Source: Candidatus Cloacimonadota bacterium (GTDB taxonomy: Bacteria; Cloacimonadota; Cloacimonadia; Cloacimonadales; WRIO01). Taken from it: a stretch of 18,338 bases of DNA. The stretch lies in assembly GCA_029564175.1 (NCBI GenBank), contig JAKQQL010000300.1:1-18338 (forward strand). Direction: 5' to 3'. Positions 8,429 through 16,400 of this stretch are shown here, piece after piece; position 1 is the first letter of the stretch, and each line of letters starts with the position of its first letter. The position numbers and the translations under genes were made by a program. Under the pieces are notes generated by a model. That model was not told where the DNA came from and made no database searches. It worked only from the letters and a program-made list of their open reading frames with translations.

Positions 8429-11239
8429 TTATTTCATTAATAACATTTTGTTCATTACAGACTGACCGTTTGTTTCTACTTTGTAGAAATAAACACCAGA
8501 ACCGACGTTTGTATTGTTATTATCAATACCTGTCCAGGTTAAAGTTTTCTGACCTTTTTCAAGCATACCATTGAATAAGGTTTTTACTAACTGACCTTTT
8601 GCATTGTAAATTTTTACAGATACATGACCGTTAGTTGGCATATTGAAAGCGATATTGGTTTCAGGATTGAATGGGTTTGGATAGTTTTTAGCGCTTAATT
8701 TAGCTGAAACAACTGGAGTTGGATCAACTTCAACGGCACCGTTTACATAAGCACGGATCATATAGTTTGCATCAGCAACAGCTGTCCATGCACCTGAACT
8801 TGTTTTCTTAAATGAATGACCATTTGTATTGCTATCATTACCAATTTTTGGACTGCCAGCTGATTCCTGGAATCCAATAAATACATTACCAGAAGTAGTA
8901 CTTGGCTGATTAGCTTCTGGAATAATGATATAGTTCCAGCCAACATTAACCATTGAAGGAGAAATAGTCTGAGTATAAATTTCTGTTCCTGGTAAATTAT
9001 CTGTTCCAGCTGACCAAACTTTTAAGCTCATATTGCTTGCAGTTTTGGTATGAATGTAGAATTTGATTGCGTTAATTACTGCAGTTGGAGAAGTATAAGT
9101 TAAATTGAAATGATTTGCAATGAAACCAGTATGAGCGAATCCACTTTCTGCAGTACCGTCATCATACATTAATTCATTAGCACCAGCAGGTGCCATATAT
9201 TCACTTGCTTCGTTTGAAGGATTAGATTCAAGACCATCCCACATAGTGGTTACATTGTAGAAATGAACTGCATTGCCAGCAGGAGCGGTATGAGTATAAG
9301 TGTCAGCGGTTGCGCCAGTTGTTGTTAATAATTCATAAGTACCTGCAGCACCTTCTTTGTGGTAAACTTTAAAGCCTTCAACTGCACGGCTGTCAAGAAC
9401 AACAGTTTTACTACCAGCTTCAACTACACCAGCCAGTAACCAGTTGCCATCAATAGCACCTTCAGATGCAGCAAAAATACTTTGCCATGAGCTGCCTAAA
9501 TTAACCATATCACCATTTTCTACGTGAGCAATATCATCCATTGCTGCAGGATAAGTAGAAACAGCTTGTTGGGTTACAGTGTAACCAATCCAGTAATCTA
9601 CGCCGTATTGGATTTCAACTGGAGTAGATAAAGTTACTTCATTCCACTGTTCAGGAGTTACAGTAGCAGCAGCCTGAGAAGCAGCTACAGTAGCACCACT
9701 TCCGCCAGTCCATACTTTTACAGTGTAAGGAACGTTTAATAATGGGAAGAATTTAATTTTTGTAATTTGGCTGCCAGCATAGTTAGCTGCCATTTCAGCA
9801 GGCACTTTAATCGCACAGTCAAAAGTAGTTGGGAATGTACCACTGCTTAAACCAACACCGTTAGATGCAGCAAAATCAGGATTGTAATAAGCGATTTCGC
9901 CAGTTTGTCCACCAGGTAAATCCCATGCTAAATCAATGTTTGCACCGTTTTTAACTGCTGTAAGATTAGTTGGTGATGGAGCAAATATGCTTGCATAAAT
10001 AATAAAGTCATCGATCATGATACCTTCGCCGTTAGGGCTATCAGCATCAGATTGGAAAAACCATCTGAATTTAACCTGCTGACCTGCAAAGTTTGAAATA
10101 TAACCATCTGTTGAATAGGATTCTGTAAATGAAGCAAAATCTGCTGGTGCATCTGAATATACATAGTTTGAACCGTTAGGATCAGCGTATGGATTGCTCA
10201 TAGCTCTCCAGCTTGTTCCACCGTCAATTGAAATCTGCCATCCGAAGTAATCTACTTCAGGGAATTGATTTGGATCAGTGAAAGATCCGCGAATCATGAA
10301 ATCAGCACGGATTTCTGTACTGTTAGGTAAGGTAATCAAACCAGTTTCGATATAGTTTAACATATTGGTGTTGTAAGTATTTTGTTCGTTTTGGCATACT
10401 AATACGTGTGAAGGAGAAGTTGCCTGAGCATATTCTTCTACATGCCATAAGTCGCCACCAAGTGGAACCATTGAAGTGTATGTCATATTTTGTTCGTTAC
10501 CATCGTTGAAGTCATGGTTAAAGTCACCTAAAACAATGTTGTCAACTAACATACCAAACATAGTAGCTGCATCAGCAGTACAGTAAGCACCATCAGAAGC
10601 AAATGCAAAACGAATTTTTACGTTTTGACCAGCATACTGAGCCATGTTAAAGCTTGCATCTACCCAACCGTTTGAGCTTCCAGCCCAACCAGCAATACCA
10701 GCACCTTCACCGTGAATAAAACCAAATGAGTATAATGAAGTTGAGTTATAAGCAGGAGCGGTTGGAGTTAAAACAGTCCATGTTGCACCGTTATCAGTTG
10801 AAACACGTACGTTACATCCGTCCCATCCAGTATAAGGAGCAGTAGCCCCAGCAGGAGATTCGACATTGTAATTTACTTTAAAAGTAAGAGTCGCATTGGT
10901 TGCAGGAACAAGAATTGATGGAGTATCTAATGCAAGATAGACATCATTTTGATATCCACCATTGGTACCTAAATCCATATCACCCATAAACCAGCTGTAA
11001 CCAGTTGTTTGATATACTAATGGGTTGTTGTTCTGTAAATGCCACATATGAGGTGCTTCACCACCATCATAATGATTCCAGGTCAAAGTACTTTCAAAGT
11101 CTTCCGTAAAGAAAGGTGCTTCAGTACGATTGGCTTTAGCTTTTGGACTTGCTAATCTTTTGCTGATTTCAAACTGTTCAGCAAACACGAAACTAACAAG
11201 TAAAAGACTAATTGTAACAAGAAGTATAAGTTTCTTCAT
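8429..11239 (-). CDS. Secreted multidomain beta-sandwich (adhesin-like) protein with a C-terminal sorting domain, 936 aa
   Basis: Signal peptide. Two repeats with VSTDNGATW/ISIDGGTSW, YAGQNVKIRF/FAGQQVKFRW and G(M/I)x(V/I)D(N/D) (immune-inhibitor-A/MAM/cleaved-adhesin-like jelly rolls), FN3-like segments, a YDDG domain and NYPNPFNP..KMLLMK. No catalytic motif seen. RBS AAGGAG. Confidence 0.85.
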   Translation of the reverse strand: MKKLILLVTISLLLVSFVFAEQFEISKRLASPKAKANRTEAPFFTEDFESTLTWNHYDGGEAPHMWHLQNNNPLVYQTTGYSWFMGDMDLGTNGGYQNDVYLALDTPSILVPATNATLTFKVNYNVESPAGATAPYTGWDGCNVRVSTDNGATWTVLTPTAPAYNSTSLYSFGFIHGEGAGIAGWAGSSNGWVDASFNMAQYAGQNVKIRFAFASDGAYCTADAATMFGMLVDNIVLGDFNHDFNDGNEQNMTYTSMVPLGGDLWHVEEYAQATSPSHVLVCQNEQNTYNTNMLNYIETGLITLPNSTEIRADFMIRGSFTDPNQFPEVDYFGWQISIDGGTSWRAMSNPYADPNGSNYVYSDAPADFASFTESYSTDGYISNFAGQQVKFRWFFQSDADSPNGEGIMIDDFIIYASIFAPSPTNLTAVKNGANIDLAWDLPGGQTGEIAYYNPDFAASNGVGLSSGTFPTTFDCAIKVPAEMAANYAGSQITKIKFFPLLNVPYTVKVWTGGSGATVAASQAAATVTPEQWNEVTLSTPVEIQYGVDYWIGYTVTQQAVSTYPAAMDDIAHVENGDMVNLGSSWQSIFAASEGAIDGNWLLAGVVEAGSKTVVLDSRAVEGFKVYHKEGAAGTYELLTTTGATADTYTHTAPAGNAVHFYNVTTMWDGLESNPSNEASEYMAPAGANELMYDDGTAESGFAHTGFIANHFNLTYTSPTAVINAIKFYIHTKTASNMSLKVWSAGTDNLPGTEIYTQTISPSMVNVGWNYIIIPEANQPSTTSGNVFIGFQESAGSPKIGNDSNTNGHSFKKTSSGAWTAVADANYMIRAYVNGAVEVDPTPVVSAKLSAKNYPNPFNPETNIAFNMPTNGHVSVKIYNAKGQLVKTLFNGMLEKGQKTLTWTGIDNNNTNVGSGVYFYKVETNGQSVMNKMLLMK

Positions 11240-11275
11240 GTTTCTCTCCTTTTATTTTTTGGATATTAATCGATT

Positions 11276-11304
11276 AAAATCCTCATTCTCATAGGATTTG
11301 TCAA
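11276..11304 (-). promoter_or_regulatory. Candidate promoter of the 936-aa gene
   Basis: Perfect TTGACA at 11304-11299. The -10 position reads GATTTT (non-canonical), preceded by TGAG. Confidence 0.45.
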
Positions 11305-11327
11305 TCTTTTTTTCATTTTTTTCAAAA

Positions 11328-11744
11328 TTAAGCGTTTTCATCTTCCTTTTCTACAAAGTGAATAAAAAATGACGCTGTCTCATGGTCTATCCGAAATGGC
11401 TTTCCATTCTTTGCATGAACCACTTTTACCTGTACCTGATTACAAAGCTGTCCTTTTGAATCATACATTTTTTGTACCCAGGTTGATCCAAGCCGATTGG
11501 CAGTACTCATCCATGATTTGATACAAACCGTGTCTTCCAGAAACACACCTGCTTTATAATCAATCTCAATACGCGCTATATATAAATGGACACCCATCTC
11601 GTTAAACTTTTTAATTGGAAAATTCATATCGGTCAAAGCATCTGACCTGGCTGATTCATAAAATTGTAAATAATTTGAATTATTCAAATGACCGTATATG
11701 TCGCATTCATATCCGTAAATTTTTCTTTCTTTTATAAACACCAT
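11328..11744 (-). CDS. Acyl-CoA thioesterase, hotdog fold (YbgC/FadM/4HBT family), ~138 aa
   Basis: Motif ECDIYGHLNNSNYLQFYESAR and IDYK. ATG at 11744 follows RBS AAGGAG and is preferred over 11771. Confidence 0.9.
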   Translation of the reverse strand: MVFIKERKIYGYECDIYGHLNNSNYLQFYESARSDALTDMNFPIKKFNEMGVHLYIARIEIDYKAGVFLEDTVCIKSWMSTANRLGSTWVQKMYDSKGQLCNQVQVKVVHAKNGKPFRIDHETASFFIHFVEKEDENA

Positions 11745-11760
11745 ATCCGCTCCTTGTGAA

Positions 11761-11789
11761 TAAATTCTCACTCAGGGACTTCGTGTCAA
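11761..11789 (-). promoter_or_regulatory. Candidate promoter of the thioesterase gene
   Basis: Perfect TTGACA at 11789-11784. The -10 position reads AATTTA (non-canonical), preceded by TGAG. Confidence 0.45.
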
Positions 11790-12010
11790 GCGAAAAGTTT
11801 AATCATCTTGATTTTAGCTCTATTTTCATATCATCAGTTGCATAGAATTCTTAAAACCACTTTTTGTGAAAGTATTTTGATGTTATAAGTATATCTGATT
11901 CATATAGTATCAGTTATGATTTATCATTGTCTCAACGCATATTTTTTTTACCTGTTTTACTCTAAAATCTGTTCTTATCAAGCGTTCATCAAAGTGTTTT
12001 CAATCTTCAT

Positions 12011-12574
12011 TTAGCCAGTATTGATATATTTAAATCTGTCCTCTATCTCAAAATGATATAATTTTACACGTTTAAAATTGCAAAGCATTTTAAAACAACA
12101 TGCTTGCTCTGACTCTTCATCCGTTTTATGATTCAAACAATACATACGATTAACTCTTTTGAGCAATTTTAGCATTATACATTTGTACACACTCAAGCCC
12201 ATTAACATTGCTTTCAAAGTATGGTTCAAATGATTATCTCCCATTTCATGCAGAGAAAATCGCTTGATTAACCGATGAATGATCTTTAGAAATATACTAT
12301 AAGCACTAATCCCCCTTTTTCTCAAGCCGGGATAAGTTACTTTATATCGTTTGGCATATTCAGCCATATCCTTTTTAAATTTCTGACTTTGTTCTGCCCA
12401 TAACTTCAAACTAATTTGATTGATTGCCTGTATCTTGAGATGTTGTGTCTGGCAGACAAAAACCGGTTTCTTTTTAAGGATGCAAATCTTCCCCTGATTG
12501 TACCATGCCAGATAACAATCACCAGCTCTTTTGGGATAATCATGTGCTTTCTTTTTAAAATATACTCTCATCAA
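12011..12574 (-). CDS. Hypothetical basic (Lys/Arg-rich) protein, 186-187 aa
   Basis: Long ORF with strong RBS AGGAGAGG suited to TTG 12574 or ATG 12571. No signal peptide or transmembrane segment; 8 Cys. Confidence 0.7.
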   Translation of the reverse strand: MMRVYFKKKAHDYPKRAGDCYLAWYNQGKICILKKKPVFVCQTQHLKIQAINQISLKLWAEQSQKFKKDMAEYAKRYKVTYPGLRKRGISAYSIFLKIIHRLIKRFSLHEMGDNHLNHTLKAMLMGLSVYKCIMLKLLKRVNRMYCLNHKTDEESEQACCFKMLCNFKRVKLYHFEIEDRFKYINTG

Positions 12575-12695
12575 TTCATCCTCTCCTGATAATAATCTAT
12601 TCTATTTTCATGCAAAAGCAAATATTTTCTCTTTTTATTATCTTTTCAAGCTTGGAGAAACCTAATAATTTATTTAAGATTTATAGGATATCAGT

Positions 12696-12940
12696 CCTGT
12701 GGTCTTCAAGGCGATTATCACGCGAAGAAACTTAGAGAGCGGAGAATGTTATGTCATCAAAATAAAAAGCATTAGCCTTGTAGCCTTCGTAAAATTCCGT
12801 GTTTTCTGTGCCTTTCGTGCTTGTAGAAAAAAACTTCTTTGTTTGTTCAGGTATTGACTACATTGTCAGAGACAAGGAGTTCTAAAGGAGATTGTTCTTT
12901 GCTTCACTACGTTCCGCTCATCGCTTCGCGATTACACAGG
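12696..12940. other. Candidate structured non-coding element (ncRNA or decayed palindromic element), ~245 nt
   Basis: Colinear nested complementary blocks: 12696-12701/12935-12940, 12709-12715/12920-12926, 12737-12743/12913-12919, 12767-12771/12900-12904 and 12776-12781/12872-12877. Confidence 0.35.
12774..12822 (-). repeat. Degenerate 9-bp-periodic YACRRA repeat arm (inverted partner of 13135-13170)
   Basis: Minus-strand units CACGAAAGG, CACAGAAAA, CACGGAATT, (T), TACGAAGGC, TACAAGGCT. Confidence 0.55.
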
Positions 12941-13134
12941 CTCAGAATAATACATTTTTGGTCTGTTAATTGCGTTTGAGACTTCATTATTTTTGATATC
13001 TTTCGACGTATAATCCTTTTAAACAATCTCTTTTTTTTAAACCAATTGATTTTTTTAGAAATTAAAAAAAATATGGTAAAAGGACAAAATCCGCATTTCT
13101 GTCCGGGTAATATATATGAGTTCACTATAAAAAG

Positions 13135-13170
13135 CACAAGAACCACGAAAAATACAAAAAACACGAAAAC
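13135..13170 (+). repeat. Degenerate 9-bp-periodic YACRA repeat arm
   Basis: Units CACAAGAAC, CACGAAAAA, TACAAAAAA, CACGAAAAC. 13141-13169 matches the reverse complement of 12794-12822 at 22 of 29 nt without gaps. Confidence 0.55.
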
Positions 13171-13401
13171 AAAGGCTTAAAAATGGTATTTTAAACTACT
13201 TTCCTGGATTTTTTATATATTTTCATCTTAAAATTATTCTTTTTTTTCATATTATGGAGTTATTATAGCAGACTCATATATAGAGGATCTCTTTTATGAT
13301 GGTGAGTTATTTTCTCTTATGGATGTTGGCGACAATAGAATAAAGACCAAACCGGACATCAATCATAAAAGCCTTGATGTCTGATGACTTGATATAACGA
13401 T

Positions 13402-13434
13402 AAAATAGAAGAAGCCTGCAAATGCAGGCTTCTT
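13402..13434 (-). terminator. Intrinsic terminator of the 1425-aa gene (possibly bidirectional)
   Basis: Minus strand reads AAGAAGCCTGC-ATTT-GCAGGCTTCTT, followed by CTATTTT. Confidence 0.85.
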
Positions 13435-13467
13435 ATTTCGTGATTGAGTCATTTCAACTCAAACAAT

Positions 13468-16400
13468 TTATTTCATCATCAGCATTTTTCTGGTGACTCT
13501 TCCATGATTGGTTTGAATATGGTAGAAATATATACCTGATGATACATTCTTTTGCTTATGATCTTTACCATCCCAGACAATTTTATGAACACCTGCTTGT
13601 TTGTTTTCATTGATAAGCGTTTTTACTTTTTGCCCTTTGATGTTATAAATATTGATTTTGACATGCGTATCTTTTGCCAGACCATACTGAATTGTTGTTG
13701 TTGGATTAAATGGATTAGGATAGTTTTGAGAGAATAGTTTTTTGGGGATTGGAACAGATGAATGATCTTCCGGATTAAGTAAACGATTTAATTGTTTAAA
13801 TTTATCTGCTTTACTTACTAATATCGCATTAATTTTAACCTGGTTATTGACATAATCAGTTGCAGCTTTATTTTCCGTATTCTGATACTCTTCCAGAAGA
13901 GAGATATTATCCAGATTGATTTTTGCACAGATTACGCTCACTTCATCGTCATCATTTTGAATCCTGTCTGAAAGTATGTTTTTTGCCATTTGCAGATTTG
14001 TATCCGATTTACTTTCAATCATCATATAACAACGCTTTTCGTAGTCCTTCATCAGGTAAACATAATCTTTCATCTCATCGATATTAAGAAAGACAGGTGG
14101 ATTTTCATAAAGACCTTCATAGACTAATCTTAATTCCTCAAAATCTCCTTTAATATAACCTGTTATGTTAAAGCATTCGTCTGCTGACTCTTTCCAGTAA
14201 TCTCTTTCATTCTCAATTTGGTTTATCAGAACATTTTTAAATATCAATAATGCAGGAATATAATCTCCCTGCTTTAACAGATCTCTTGCCTGATCGAATT
14301 CATTTTCTATGACAAACGGTGTATTTTGGTTTGGAGAAGAGTCCAAATTATTGATAAAAAAGCTTGAAGTAAAATTACTATTTGAGATAACTACAAAAAG
14401 ACTGTCATTATTTGCTTGAAAATAATTTTTAGAACAATTAATGATCTGAGGTATTGTTGTTCGATTATATACATTAAAATCATTCTGAGAAGGATTATAA
14501 AAATCATTATGTCCTGATTTTAACTTAAGTGATGAGGTTTTACTTAAAGTAACATGATTTGTAGTTTGAGATAAATGACCTAAAACATTGTGTGCATTCC
14601 ATGATATGTCAGGATAAGCATTATCTAACAATTTAAGATTATTCATACTGTTAAATATATTGTTGATAAATCTTGGAGAAGATCCCAATACCTCTATCCC
14701 AGTATTTAAATACATGAAATTACTATTTCTAATTTGCCAAATCATGTCTGGTAAATTTTCAGATCTTGATATTGGAAAGGTAAAATTATTCTCCATTCTG
14801 ATTCCAATGGGTGTTCCATTTACTAAGTCTAATCCCAAATTGTATCGTTTAAATAAACAGCCATCAATTTTTGTATTGGTAAAAATATTATCAATTCCAA
14901 TAAGGTTATCAGTAAACTCACAAACAGTTATTGGTAACATATTGCCTTCTCCAAGCAACCTAATTCCTGTATTATTTTTTTGAAATATGCAGTTTGAAAT
15001 ATGATCGTTATTTGAACTTGGAGTGTAGTAACTCAAAGCAGTATCAAACCCTTTGAATGTACTGTTTTCTATTATTAAATGATTTCCATCATAACTATAA
15101 TATTCTATTCCAATATTATTATTCTGGTATCCGTTGAATATTGTATTGTTGATACTAATATCAGATTCAACTCCCCCTTCTCTTGGGATTAGAGAGAGTA
15201 ATTTATCCTTGCTTGTCAACTCTGAGTCGTTAATGATAATATTGCTATTACTCCCATATTGAATACAACCCATATCAGCAGAAATATTTACATTGTTTAT
15301 ATTTGTTGTAGAATTTGCTTTGCATGCTATAACAGTTCCTTTGGAATAGATAGAGCTATTTGATATTGACACATTTCCATAATTATCTATAAAAAGGTTA
15401 TTAAGCAAGTTGGACTTTACATTTGCATTTAAAATATCCAGTTGACCATCTATATCATTGATGATACGCGCATTGATAAATTCTACACTATCTGAAATAG
15501 TCAGGTAGCCTTTATTTATAATATCATGGTAGATTTTTTGATTTGATAATTCTAATGTATCATTAGCCTTAACCACTGCTGGTACTTGACGATCTCCTAT
15601 CTTAATAAAAAGCCCTTCTCCAGCTTCAATTTGGATATCACATACTCCATTTGAAAGGTTATAAATATCTCCTGTTAATGTATTTGTAACGACCTGATTC
15701 GGACTAAGACCATCAATTGTTAATCTGAGTGTTTGAGGAGATGCTGTTGAAAAAGCGTTATTAACGTTGAAGGTTGCGACGATATCACCTTCTACGCCAA
15801 TTGTTCTTTTATTGGTTCGTCTGTTGACTAACATGAGATAGACTTGATTATCAATATCTGTATATGAACCATACTGGACATATCCGGAATAAGAAGGTGT
15901 TATGGCGGAATTATCATTTTGATTAATAACCTGACCACTAACAGAAAAATTGTTGCTGCCTGTTGATATCAATTCATTTTCTGTCATAATAGTCCCAGCA
16001 TGTTCCCATTCTAAGTCTTTGGTCATATACCCAATTTTCTTTATGTTAAACAGCGCTTCTTTTATGACTTCATACTGAGATAAAGCTTCTAATGCCCCGC
16101 CTCTCTTATTGATGGCTGCAATTTTTGGATCGGCATCACCTCTGTATTCTGTCGAAGTATCACCTTCATCAGACGGATTTCCAGGATTGACATTAATGGA
16201 ATCAAGATTAGTATTTGCCATCATCCGGAAAGTTTGAATCCCATCCGCCCCATAGCACATAGGCAAATACATCAACATCCTTTGCTGTGCATCCGGAGGT
16301 AACATGATTCCATTCCAATAGCCTGATACACTCCATTCTCCATAAGTCTGTACAACCGGCAGAAAGCGGAGAGTATCGTTTCTGACGCTTTCATAGTAAT

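Noticed and set aside
12571..12579. Mini-ORF ATG-AAT-TGA overlapping the start of the orphan gene
   Set aside because: AGGAG lies only 3 nt from that ATG, while spacing to the main TTG/ATG starts is 8 nt. Probably incidental.
13009..13014. Perfect TATAAT on the plus strand
   Set aside because: No -35 at 16-18 nt, no extended TG motif, and no plus-strand gene downstream.
12907..13164. 85-aa minus-strand ORF with a hydrophobic N-terminus (MFFVFFVVLVLF), toxin- or holin-like at first sight
   Set aside because: The F/V-rich start is simply the translation of the 9-bp TTCGTG-like repeat. GTG start with no RBS, and the rest comes from A/T runs.
12774..13170. Repeats as a possible CRISPR array
   Set aside because: Units are 9-bp, degenerate and contiguous, with no spacers and no cas genes.
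13353..13383. Hairpin GACATCAA/TTGATGTC just beyond the 13402-13434 terminator
   Set aside because: Modest stem with an 11-nt loop, plausible by chance, and no independent support.
13181..13384. Plus-strand frame ...YGVIIADSYIEDLFYDGELFSLMDVGDNRIKTKPDINHKSLDV-stop as a possible pseudogene
   Set aside because: Interrupted by TAA at 13229, no proper start or RBS, and no recognisable family.
5004..13495. 25/28-nt identity between the 3' ends of the S8 gene (5004-5031) and the 1425-aa gene (13468-13495), suggesting a DGR TR/VR pair or recombination
   Set aside because: Explained by the conserved CTD end (TRKMxxxK-stop). Mismatches are not adenine-specific and no reverse transcriptase is present.
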